From: Eledone cirrhosa
Taxonomy: Eukaryota
DNA length: 64,000 nt
Direction: 5' to 3'
Assembly: GCA_964016885.1 (NCBI GenBank)
Contig: CAXHJY010000899.1
Span: 62,001-126,000 of the forward strand
The translations under genes were made by a program, and so were the position numbers. Of the stretch, positions 37,955 through 50,172 are shown one piece after another; position 1 is the stretch's first letter; each line of letters opens with the position of its first letter. Below the pieces are notes generated by a model, which saw nothing but the letters and a program-made list of their open reading frames with translations, did not search any database and was not told the origin of the DNA.

Positions 37955-38628
37955 ATATATATTTGTACATTTACAGTACTAGCTGAACAAGTTCAATGAT
38001 AGGAGAGGACAAACAAGGTAGCAAGAAAAAATATATAAATCAAAAAGGCTCCAAGAAAAATAACATGAGAATAGTTCCACCCTCTCCTGCTGCACCCCAG
38101 TCTCTCTCCTCTAGAACATTTGAGCAAGCTGAAATAATTTGTAGGAGAAAAGTGTAACCTCACCTACCTCATTGGTCCTCTCCTATTGTCGATCCATATG
38201 GAATATATCCACAACCGAGGACATATATCCAAACTCAAACCACAGACACATCCAATCAACAAGATAGCCCAGTGGGATCCAGTGATGTCACTAAACTTTA
38301 TACTTCCGGCAACGCCCCCCCCCCCCCCCCCAAGTACAGAGTTTAACTGAGATTATGTAAATGTGTATATAAATATACCCACTGAGTATAAATATGTAAA
38401 CAAGTCAAATTTATATATTTCCCTGTAAACTGAAAAATGCTGAATATTTTTAATTATACCTTTCTTTCCAATTTTTTATGTGCACGTTCATATTTTTTTT
38501 ATTTACAGGAAAATAGAAACACTTTGCTTTTACATGTTTATATATGCAATATATATGTTTATATATGCAATATATATGTTTATATATGCAATATATATAT
38601 ATATATATATACATACACACACACATAC

Positions 38629-39835
38629 AAGTTCTAGTTTGTAGGAAAGAAAATAAGGCGCCGGTCCCTTCCAGGAAATGGCCATGCTCAGTGTGTAGGA
38701 AAGGCGTAGGTAGAAACTCCATTTTATGTCCCAAATGCAAAGTATGGGTGCATAAAAGATGTAGTGGGATCACAGGTAAGCTAACTAAGAATATAGATTT
38801 TATATGTGGCCGGTGCTCTGGTGCAATAAGTAGCAGCAAGTGCCCATAAAATACTAGCTCTTTCAATTGCGCAGAGGGTTATATAGAAATAGTGGACAGC
38901 TTCCGTTACCTGGGTGACAAAATCAGCAGTGGGAGAGGGTGCTCTGAAAGTACAGTAGCTAGAGTCAGAACTGGATAGAAAAAGTTCAAAGAGCTTATAC
39001 CACTATAGGGTTCTCCCTAAAAATGAAAGGCAGGCTGTATGATGCCTGCATACGAACAGCAATGTTGCATGGCAGTGAGACCTGGGCATTGTGTGCAGAG
39101 GATATACGCAGACTAGAGAGGAACGAAGCTTGCATGCTCCACTGGATGTGTAATAGTAATATACGTGAACGGCAAAGCATAAACGAACTAAGGGAAAAAT
39201 TAGAAATAAGAGGGATCAGATGTTGTTTACTCGAGAGAAGGCTACGTTGGTATGGTCACGTGATGCGCATGAAGGACGACAGCGGTATAAAAAAGTGCAG
39301 GGAAATAAAGATAGACTGTAGCCACGGAGTAGGCAGACCTAGAAAAACCTGGGACGACTTGATAAATTCCGACCTCACACACTTACACCTCTCCAAGACA
39401 ATGTCACTGGACCGAGAGCTTTGGCGGTACTCAGTAATAGAGAAGACCCGCCTTGCCTAAATACAAAGTAAACCTACTACAGTCAGTAGGCATCTCTAAC
39501 AAAATACGCCCCCATCACACCACCCTCACCCCATCACACCACCCTCACCCCATCCACACCACCCCGTTCTATGTAAAGTTATGTTGGTGCCACAACATCC
39601 AGGCCGAAACAAATGAGATCGTGTAGGTGTCACGACAAAAAAACACAGTCCACGCTGTAATGTGGCCGTGTAGGCAACACGGTAAAAACCTCCCAGACCC
39701 ACACTGTAAATGTGGTTGGTGTTAGGAAGAGCATCCAGCTGTAGAAAACCCGCCAGACAGTCCTATGCGAGCAAGACAACCACTCTTGCCTCAAGTGGGA
39801 AAACTCCCGTCCAAACCCATGCAAGCGTGGAACAT
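38629..39835 (+). mobile_element. 5'-truncated RTE LINE, subfamily B (its last ~40 bp displaced to 42552-42595)
   Basis: PHD at ~38680-38816, in-frame stops, ORF 39023-39460; highly similar to 56511-57781. Confidence 0.97.
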
Positions 39836-42551
39836 CATCATCATCATCATCACCGTTTTACGTCCGTTCTTCCACGCTAGCATGGGTTAGACGGGTTGTC
39901 CTGTTGTGGGCAGTGTCTGGTCGGCTGACCATGCCTTGCTCATACAGGAACTGATCTGGCTTGATTTCTACAGCTGGATGCCCTTCCTAACACCAACCTC
40001 ATTTACAGTGAGTGCTGGGTGCTTTTTCGTGGCGCCTACACGTCCACTTTACAGTGTGGGCTGGGTGCTTTTTTGCCGTGGCACCTCCACGACCACCTTG
40101 CGGTGGGGGGGGGGGGCATATTGTTTATATGCTTCAGCATGTACCCATGGGAGGTCGGGTACCCTGTATTACTGCGTGACGCCAGAAGTCACGGTCGTGT
40201 GTCATTGACTTTGAGAGGTGTAGTTGGGTAAGGTCGGCTTTTATCACCTCATCCCAAGTCATCTTGGGTCTCCCCACTCCGCGGTTTCCATCAACTTCTA
40301 GTGCTCTGCACCTTTTTATGCAGCTGTCATCCTTCATACGCATCACATGTCCATACCAGCGTAACCGCCTCTCCTGCACGCAGCATTTGATTCCTCTTAT
40401 GCTCAGTCTCTCTCTCAATTCATTTATGCTTTGTCGTTCACGTATATTACTGTTACACATCCATCGGAGCATGCAGGCTTCGTTTCTCTCTAATCTACGT
40501 AAGTCTTCCACCTTCAGCGCCCAGGTCTCACTACCATGCAACATCGCTGTTCGGATACACGCATCATACAGTCTGCCTTTCATTCTGAGGGAGAAGCCTT
40601 TTGCAGCTAGCAGTGGTAGTAGTTCCCTAAACTTCTTCCATCCCGTTCTTACCCTAGTTATTGTACTTTCTGAGCACCCACCTCCGTTGCTAATTCGGTC
40701 ACCTAGGTAGCAGAAGCTGTCTACTGTTTCTACAGGGCCCTCCCAGAGATTGGTGGTACTTGTTTCCTGTGGCTGTTTGCTTGCTGTTTCAGCACAGCTG
40801 CTGCATGTGAATCCTACATTCTTAATTAAGCTTCCTGAGATCCCGCTACATCTCTTGTGTACCCATTGTTTGCATTTGGGGCAAAGAATGGAGTTCCTAC
40901 CTACACCTTTCCTACATACTGAGCAAGGCCATTTCCCTGAGGGGATCTGGGTTCTGTTTTCTCGTCTACTTATAAGGACCTTAGTCTTTGTCATGTTGAC
41001 TTTGAGGCCCTTTCTCTCTAGTCCCTGCTTCCAGGTTTGGAATTTATTCTCTAGTTCTACCATAGATTCAGCTATGAGTGCGAGGTCATCAGCATACAGG
41101 AGTTCCCATGGGCATCCGGTCTTAAACTCCTCCGTTATTGCCTGCAGGACTATGATGAACAGGAGAGGGCTAAGAACAGAGCCCTGGTGGACCCCAACCT
41201 GTACGCTAAATTCCTCGCTATACTCATTGCCAATCCTAACTTTGCTGACTGCTCCCCTATACATGGCTTGTACCGCTTTCACAAGCCATTCATCTACTCC
41301 TAGTTTTCTAAGAGCCCACCAGATTACTGCACGTGGAACTCTGTCAAAGGCTTTCTCAAGGTCGACAAATGCCAAGTAGAGTGGCTTACTTTTAGCTAGG
41401 TACTTTTCCTGTAATTGCCTCACAAGGAAGAGCGCATCAGTGGTGCCTTTCCCTGGAACAAACCCAAATTGCATCTCGTCTATATTCACCTGGTCCCTAA
41501 TCAGCTGTGCTATAACTCTTTCTGTTACTTTCATGACCTGGTCCATCAACTTTATACCTCTATAGTTTCCTCTATCTAGTGCATCGCCTTTACCTTTGTA
41601 GCAGTTGACAATGATGCTACTGCACCAATCTTTTGGTATGGCCCCCTCTAGTATTACCTGGTTAACGATACGTGTGGTTATAGTGTGACCTACAGACCCA
41701 GATGCCTTCAGCATCTCGGCAGCTATACCCGATGGACCGGTTGCCTTCCCTATCTTCATATCTCTGATTGCCTTACTTACTACGCTGCCGCTGACTTGTA
41801 CTGCTGGTCCCTCTATAGGGTCTACGTGGGGTAGGGTCTCTTCTTCCCATGCATTCTCCTCATTTAGTAATCTATCATAATGACTCTTCCATGCATCTTT
41901 CTTCTCAGCACTTGTGAGGGCAAGCTCACCTTTATCATTCCGGATACACTTCTCTCCAATGACATCACAACTATCTCTGACACACCGCCTCGCAATCTTG
42001 AATACCTCCTGTTTCTGGTCCTCACGTTGTAAAACATGCTTGAATTTTCTATCCTCTGCTTCCCTCCTAGCTAAGTATACTTGTCGCCTAGCTTCCCTCT
42101 TGGTCTCTATGTAATGTACCCTGCTCCCCCCGTTCTTCCATTCTTTCCATGCCTGTCTCTTGGACTTGACTGCTTCATCTACCTTATTGTTCCACCACCA
42201 AGTCACTCTCCTCCTGCTTGAGGTCTTACTCCAGCCACAAACCTCATCCGTCGCCTCTAGTAAGTTATTTTTTAGGAACTCCCAGTTCTCTTCTACGTTA
42301 AATGTCTCTATCTGTTCTTCTTTACTGTCGTAGGCGTTGAGTAAAATATCTTTAAATCTGTTACTGGTTGAGGGGACTTTCAGCTTCCAGATCTTTCTTC
42401 TCCAGGTTGGCCTCTGTTTCAGGGCTCGTCTAGTTCTGACCGTGAGGTCGCTGACAACTAAGCTATGTTGGGATGTACATTCCTCACTAGGGAAGGCTTT
42501 TGTGTTTACGACCGTCCATCTGTCACGTCCTCTGATGAGGATAAAATCTAA
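39836..42551 (-). mobile_element. young RTE LINE, subfamily A, 5'-truncated inside the endonuclease; AACAT target duplication
   Basis: (CAT)n tail at 39836; AACAT at 39831-39835 and 42552-42556. Confidence 0.97.
40134..42551 (-). CDS. RTE polyprotein (end of APE endonuclease, RT, internal PHD finger, C-terminal domain); open frame of ~805 codons lacking its native start
   Basis: The frame stays open upstream of the listed 42206 start (LDFILIR...SQHSLVV). RT motifs NYRGI, QFGF, DLEKAFD, GVHQGSVLSP, YADD and YLG are present. Confidence 0.93.
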   Translation of the reverse strand, partial: LDFILIRGRDRWTVVNTKAFPSEECTSQHSLVVSDLTVRTRRALKQRPTWRRKIWKLKVPSTSNRFKDILLNAYDSKEEQIETFNVEENWEFLKNNLLEATDEVCGWSKTSSRRRVTWWWNNKVDEAVKSKRQAWKEWKNGGSRVHYIETKREARRQVYLARREAEDRKFKHVLQREDQKQEVFKIARRCVRDSCDVIGEKCIRNDKGELALTSAEKKDAWKSHYDRLLNEENAWEEETLPHVDPIEGPAVQVSGSVVSKAIRDMKIGKATGPSGIAAEMLKASGSVGHTITTRIVNQVILEGAIPKDWCSSIIVNCYKGKGDALDRGNYRGIKLMDQVMKVTERVIAQLIRDQVNIDEMQFGFVPGKGTTDALFLVRQLQEKYLAKSKPLYLAFVDLEKAFDRVPRAVIWWALRKLGVDEWLVKAVQAMYRGAVSKVRIGNEYSEEFSVQVGVHQGSVLSPLLFIIVLQAITEEFKTGCPWELLYADDLALIAESMVELENKFQTWKQGLERKGLKVNMTKTKVLISRRENRTQIPSGKWPCSVCRKGVGRNSILCPKCKQWVHKRCSGISGSLIKNVGFTCSSCAETASKQPQETSTTNLWEGPVETVDSFCYLGDRISNGGGCSESTITRVRTGWKKFRELLPLLAAKGFSLRMKGRLYDACIRTAMLHGSETWALKVEDLRRLERNEACMLRWMCNSNIRERQSINELRERLSIRGIKCCVQERRLRWYGHVMRMKDDSCIKRCRALEVDGNRGVGRPKMTWDEVIKADLTQLHLSKSMTHDRDFWRHAVIQGTRPPMGTC

Positions 42552-45500
42552 AACATGGACGTTAAACGATAATAATGATGATGATGATGATGATGCATAG
42601 TAGGGTTAAACTCTGTACTGCTTATGTACAGATATATGTATGTGTGATCCCGTACCTCTTGGGGGAGTTGTAGGGGCACCGTATTGATATACAACATTTC
42701 TTGGGCATTCAAAGCCTGAGTACAGCAGATTTCTTCCAGAGAAAGATAGAAAATGAGAGAGAGAAAATTTGAAAAAGATATCGAGGAAGAATCGACCTCA
42801 GTATTAGACTGGTACTTTTTTTTATCAACTTCGAAAGGATGAAAGGCAAAGTTGACCTCAGCGGGATTTGAACTCCAAGAGAAGAGAGCCGGAACGAATA
42901 CCATAAAGCATTCTATATGTAAGTTGGGATTTTACCTCTCTACTACATCTACTCTACAAGTGGTCATGCATCAAGTGAGCACTACCCTATCTGCAGTCAC
43001 AGATTGAAAAATAACTATTTCAGATAATCACCAAAAAATGGATGTAAGCAGAAATTGTTTGCTTTAACTTTTCATCTGTTCTAATAATAAATATTGTTGT
43101 GTATGTATATATATATATATAGAGAGATAGATAGATAGATATATTTCTTTATTAGCCACAGGGGCACAAAAGAAGGGGACAAATACAAAGGGGAAAGTTT
43201 ACATAAGATAGATAGATTTCTTTATTAGCCACAAGGGCGCAACAAGAAAGAAGATAGATAGATAGATAGATAGATAGATATAATCCATGCAAGCATGGAA
43301 AATAGATGTAAAGCAGTGAAGATTATTGCATATACATATACTACATTTATCAAGTCCTCTCTGGATTATCGTCTTTGCATTTATTATTATTTATATATAT
43401 ATGTAAGCATGTAAAAGAGATGTATGATATATATATATATATATGTATATATTGTACATATTGGATTGACTAGGACTTTGCATCTATCTCACCTTTGATG
43501 ATTAATTTATCTGGATGCATTAGTGAATGAATTATGCCTGCCAGGTATAACTCTATATCTCAGATTCCCAGTCAATCAAATATATACAATGAATTTGACT
43601 ATACTTGCAGTATTGTGTCACTCCATCTATAAATATTTGTTGTTATTTATAATCTATAAGTCAACAACTCCAACAATAATGTGAATGTACGTGTATGTAT
43701 ATTTGTAAACAGAGAAGAGCTTTTCTTTCAAACATGTTATGTAAAATCTGTTTTCTCCATAAAATATTTAACTTATTTTTTATTAATAAATAAATATAAC
43801 CATATAACCTTTAAAATACAAGAAGTGATTTTTCCGATCAAGGGCTCCACCAAATCTTTAGATATGTATTCTCTTTTGGTGCATCAACATACATATTTCA
43901 CTGTTTTAATGATCATTTCTTTCAAGTGAGAAAATTTAAGAAATTCATTTACTAAAGATTCCTGTTATATTTAAGACTCAGATTACAATGCTTGGTGGTA
44001 GTAGTAGAATGTAATCCATCATTATGTCTTCCAAGACATAATGATGTTTCAAGCAAAGATGAGCATAAGCTCCTCAAACTCAGTCTAATTTCTTCTGCTG
44101 ACTTACTTTGAAGTGAGATATTTGGTTAAAAGTAGCTCTATAATCTTGGGATATCATTTATAGTAGAATGTTTTTTCTCCTTCCTCCATATTTCTCAGGC
44201 AGTCAGCCAGTAATCTCAAGTAAAGGAATGCAATGGTTGAAGTAAGTGAAGAGAAGGGGAGTGTGTGTAATGTTAAAAAGACAAGTGGGAAAGAGATTAT
44301 CCTGTTTTATGTTGGATTTCAGAATTTCTTGACCTCTTTCTGTGAGGTGCAGCCATAAACCATCACCACCACTATCATCTACACCACAACAATCAGGTTA
44401 GGGAAATATTTTCTCTATAACAGGTGTTAGATTAAATCATAAAAACATATCTAAAGAATAGGGAAAGATATTTCACTGAAATGGGTAAGATAAGCCAGTG
44501 GAATATTTCTCAAGAAACCCCTCCCCCTTGCCAAAAATACTGAAGCTGGATAGCAATGGGTGGATAGGAAGATGTAAATAAACATTAGATTATATAATTT
44601 GTATATGGTAAAACAGTGTTAGGTGAACTGTGTATGTGTAGTACTTTCAAGGTGTTCCTTTCACCTACACTTAAATGCATGATCACTGAGTCTGCTGTTT
44701 GAAATATTTACAAAAATACATTAACAAAATGAAACAATCTCCCCACCACCACCACCACAACATCCAAAGTTAACAGGGCTGGGGTTATACAGTTATTATA
44801 TTCCTCCAACACACATAAGTCAGTTCTTATTCAGAATCACTGCCTTCCTTCACTCATATGTTCCATTGTATGGAATGGATTCTACAGCTATGTACACACA
44901 CACACACACACACACACAAATAAGGCCGCTATTGCTCCAATCAGTCTATTTACCCCCAGTAAATACCCAAAACCGAATGCCAACCTGTACCCAAGACTCC
45001 TGCTAACAAACCGTACTCCAAATTCATAGAGAGAGAGACCAATTGCATTAATATTATGTAACTGATCACATCAGTTTTAACAAATGAATGTTCCAGTCTT
45101 TTGATCAACAGAAAAGTGGTTGAGCATTCCACAGAGAATTGTACACTAAATGCAATGCTCAAGATTAATATAAATAACCCTGTCTGTCAAATACAACCCT
45201 TAGAAATACATATACAACCCATTAATCTTCCCAATTTCAATTGCAAACCTTCAGCCAACACAAGCCTATATAGTATATGATGTTTATTTGCTTAAAGGTG
45301 CTGATGTTGTGCAGAAATGATCAAACCCAGAATATCACAATTGAGAAACAAACATTTTAATCACACAACCATTCCAACCATATGGAGAGAGAGATAATAC
45401 AAGCATTATCCAGTTACACACATATATTATAAAGACACACGCACTAACTCAACATAATGTGAGTACGACACAATCTGCCAATTGCAATGAATTACAACTA

Positions 45501-47463
45501 GTGAAAGAAATACGGCAGACAAAATAGTTAGAAAACAACTCGGCAAATTTATTTCAAGCTATCTAAGCAAATACTTGATAAATTGATCTAATTTTGTGAT
45601 ACTGCTATTAATACTAATATCAATGGTGAAAGTGATGATAACATATTTCTTAGATTTGTGAAGTATAATTTATTTTAGCACATACCATCAAAGATCCATC
45701 ACTCAAACATCAGCTTTTTCTACTTCCTATAGCAACTAAACTTACTGAATTTACTAAGATTACCATTGTTGTTGACACAGGCCTTCCCCAGTTTTCTTGT
45801 ATTCCATAATTTGTTCAATTGTGCAGAATACTTTAGACAAGTTAGCTCAGCTTTATAAAAGAAATAATGTTCAGAGTTGAAGGGGGAAAAAATATTTTCA
45901 CCTTTCTCTTTTGATACATAACATTGAGATATTTCTGAAAAGCCCTTGTCAGTCATGTAACCTGTTTCTCTCACACTTACATTTCTTAAACACAGGTGTT
46001 GGACCACATGTCATCATAGCAACTATACTGTGGTTTGGAATAAAATTATATATGTATCAAGTTTCAAGCATGTTATAACAGTACTTTTAACTGATGATTA
46101 ACGTATTTATTAAGTGAGATTTGTTGAATGCCATTGAATTGTGTGTGTTGGACCTCTGTTGGTTCTGAGGAGTATTCTGGTTGTTTGATCAATGGAATTT
46201 CCTGCTCATGAGATTAACATGCTAGAGGTTGTACATTCCATAGACACATGTACCCTTTATGCAATTCTCAAGGAGATTCAACATGGCAGTGAGTGGAAAA
46301 GCTGGACCTTTAAACTTTAGATACAATTCATTTTTGCCAGCTGAGTGGACAAGACCAACATGAAATATAGTGCTCAAAGACACAATGCATTGCCAGGAAT
46401 CAAACACCCGACTATATGATTGTAAGTCAAACACTATAATTATGAGCCATGTGTCTTCCCCATTGAGTTATATATTTGAGTTAGACAAACAGTACCAAGT
46501 TGTTTTAGTACCACATGTATGTGGGGAAACACATACAAACCATTGAAATGTAAATAAAAAAAAAATATACCAACTGTTCTGCATTGGTAACATTTTCAGA
46601 TATTTTGATAAATATCTCCAATTTTGTAATTATTTTTAGCATCTATCATCTGCGTGTGTGCGCGTGCGCGCATGAACACTTAGATATTTACATGATATTA
46701 CAAACCTACTTGGTACAGCTTGGATTGAAATTTGTTGCCCATTTTAATACCAGCACCTTAATTTTTGGTACTGTCAGTGGAGTCCACTCTGTTGTAAGCA
46801 TTTGAAACAGGTCCAAGAATAACTCCCTATTGTTGCCAGAATTTATCCGTCGAAACTCGATTAAAGAGAAACCATATACAAGACCCAAAGTAGTCTCAAA
46901 CATCGCTACACCAGTGTGAGAGAGTTCTCTCTTGCATGTGGGTGGAAGCCAGGCATTAGTTGCTTCATGGTCCCAGTGGACATAGTGGGGAAAACGTTGC
47001 CCCAGAGGATGGTGTGGGAAACACATTGGAATAGCATTTCACCAACAGATGCCTTATGTCAGATAAAACAGTGTCCCTACTACTCTGACTCCATGAGTAA
47101 TACCTCATGAGGCCACCCTTATATAGGAACTAAAGTATAATTAGTACCAACCCATGAGGCATGGTTTCCGTTACTTTTGTTACCCACCAATGGTCATGAA
47201 CACTGACTAGCTTCTTTTGGTTAAGCCATAAACAAACAAACAAAAAACAATACTAGACAACATAGTAACATCAATGAAGATTTCAATGGAGAATCTTTTA
47301 AAACCTGGACAGACAATAATAGACCACTTACAATTGGAATATTGTTGTACATACATGCAGAACATAGCATGGCTATGGAGTAGTGGAATATGAAAGGAGA
47401 AAAGAAATACCAGAGATAGAGAACCATATCCAATGGGAAAACACAAGCAACATTATTATTATT

Positions 47464-47857
47464 GAAGCACCTGGCTTAGTGGTTAGAGCATTGGCCTTGC
47501 AATGGAAAGGTTGTGAGTTCAATTTTCAGACCGGGTGATGTGTTGTTTCCTTGAGCAAGACACTTTATTTCACATTGCTCCAGTTTACTCAGCTGTAGAA
47601 ATGAGATGATAGGGACTGGGGTCCATATCATTCCACTGCAAAGTGGTCATGGAGGTGCCATGGCAAAAAAAAGCACCCAGCCCACACTGTAAAGTGGATG
47701 CGTAGGTGCCACGGCAAAAAAAGCACCCAGCACTCACTGTAAATGAGATTGGTGTTAGGAAGGGCATCTAGCTGTAAAAATCAAGCCAGAATCAGTTCCC
47801 GTCCCACCCTTGCAAGCAGGGAAAAAGCGGACGTAAAATGAAATGATGATGATGATT
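47464..47857 (+). mobile_element. full-length SINE S1 with two copies of the UTR module
   Basis: Matches 30570-30914 plus an extra ggtgccaYggcaaaaaaagcacccag unit. Confidence 0.92.
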
Positions 47858-48341
47858 ATATACATATGTAAACACTGCAACATCAATATTATAAACAAAA
47901 GCAATCAAAAGTTAACTTCATTGGCCACAGCATATATTGAAGCATATATTCATAGTAGAAAGACTGAAGGTCTACCTAAATATTAGTATAAAGAAGATCA
48001 GTTCTAATAGTGAGAATGATGGTGTTATATTTGGTATAACTAAAACAATAGGATTTCTCATAACTTTTTCTAAAAGCAATCACTTTATATGGAAAAATAA
48101 AAATAAAAAACATTCGGCAGCCACTATTCTTTCATTTAGTAGTTTCAGTCATTTGACAGCCACCATGCTGGAGTACAACTATGATTTAGTCAACACCAGT
48201 GAACTGCATAAACACACACACACATTCATATATATATACATACACACATATATATATACACACATTCATACATACATACACACACATTCATATATATACA
48301 CACACACATTCATATATATATATACTTACATACATATACCT

Positions 48342-48733
48342 ATCATCATCAGCATCACTGTTTTACATCCATTCTTCTATGCTAGCATGGGTTAGACGGG
48401 TTGTACTGTTGTGGGCAATGTCTGGTTGGCTGACCTTGTCTTGCTCATATGGGAACTGATTCTGGCTTGATTTCTACAGCTGGATGCCGTTCCTAACACC
48501 AACCTCATTTAAAGTGAGTGCTGGGTGCTTTTTTTGCCGTGGCACCTCCACAACCACTTTGCAGTGGAACGATAGGGACCCCAGTTCTATCATCTCATTT
48601 CTACAGCTGAGTAAACTGGAGCAATGTGAAATAAAATGTCTTGTTCAAGGAAACAACACATCACCCGGTCTGAGAATTGAACTCACAACCTTTCGATTGC
48701 AAGCCCAATGCTCTAACCACTAAGCCATGTGCC
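48342..48733 (-). mobile_element. full-length SINE S1 with an RTE-A-type terminus
   Basis: Head and CORE as in 58288-58627, but ends catccattcttctatgctagcatgggttagacgggttgtactgttgtggg like LINE A. Confidence 0.92.
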
Positions 48734-48739
48734 ATCACA

Positions 48740-48791
<52 letters not shown>

Positions 48792-49250
48792 TACACCTGC
48801 ACACACACACATATATATGACAGGCTTCTGCAGTTTCCATCTACCAAATTTCACAGGACCAAACCCAGAACCATGGTTGAGAACCACTCTCTTTAGCTGC
48901 ACAAACATACCTGCGACTATGTGGATCATCATCGTTTTAATGTCTGCTTTCCCTGCTATCAAGGGTTGAACGTGTCTACACAGACCAAATCAATACTGAA
49001 GTGGGGCTACTGATCGCCCAGACAGGCTAGGGATCTGCATCTCACCTACATACAGACTCACATTCTACCGAGTGCACAAGAGAGGCTATCATGTCTTTGA
49101 CACAACTGAAGAGTCTTCCCAACCCTCAATGAAGAATATTTTACTTCCGTTTCTCCTTGCATTTCTGACCAAAATCTACCAGACAAGTTTCCACATCTAG
49201 AATTACTTTTATGACAAACAAATTCCACAATATCTGTATTCTTTTAATTG

Positions 49251-49466
49251 TTAATCCTTTAGAATTTATATTACTCTATATTTACTATTTTATTTTCACG
49301 GTAATCACTTTATCTCACATAATATCAAATCTACGAGATTTTGATATTATATATTTTGAGAACAATACCTTAACATAAGTATGAGCTGCCAGTTATGGCC
49401 GGTTTGAACAGAGAGAGGCAAGAGAATTCTGGCTGGATGCAGCCAGTTTAAATGTTAATGAGTTAA
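49251..49466. mobile_element. piggyBac-like MITE PB1, diverged
   Basis: TTAAtcctttagaattta ... taaatgttaatgagTTAA; body matches 37702-37954. Confidence 0.85.
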
Positions 49467-50137
49467 AAGACATTAGCAGAACTCTGGGGCCATTAGCATT
49501 CCTGCAACTCACACCGAATTCGACTGTTTTGTAGAATTATATAAATTTAGAATGTTTGGGAGTGTTAACAAATAAAGAGCTTGAGAGGTATGTAATTAAT
49601 TATAAAGAAGCAAGATTAACAAAACTGTATAATTTAGCATAATGATGCACATTTTTCAGAATGTTGGCTACAACATTCACAAACCATCAAATACAAATTT
49701 ACTTTTAATTGCATTACACAAACACAGTATGAAATAAAAATTGCAGTTGATTACCATAACTTTGGTATAGACCACTGGTAGTTCACCTGAACCAAATTGT
49801 GCCTCATTGGGCCTAGCAAATAAAATAGTTCGGGTGCTGGCCGGTAAACTTAAGATTTATCTAGAGAGTTCTTTATCATTGAAGAATTTATTATTATTAG
49901 TGTTGTTATTGTTGAAGTATTGATGGTTTAATGGCAGTAGCAGTAGAGCATTGCAATAAATTCCTGATAGTTTATAATCTCATTCTTCTACATTCTGAAC
50001 ACAAATCCTGCTAGACTCGACTTTTCTTTTCATCTCTTCTGGTTCAATAAGTACCAGTTATATACCCCTATTGATTCAAGTGACTAAAATAACTTTGCTA
50101 AAAAATTGTGGGCTTGTGCTAATATAAATCATTAATA

Positions 50138-50172
<35 letters not shown>

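Noticed and set aside
40794-40931. Host PHD-finger gene exon
   Set aside because: In frame within the LINE ORF in four copies; part of the element.
40264-41379. Plus-strand ORFs of 148 and 209 aa (also 34431-34877, and minus-strand 56827-57327)
   Set aside because: Antisense shadows of the RTE coding frame; no independent motif.
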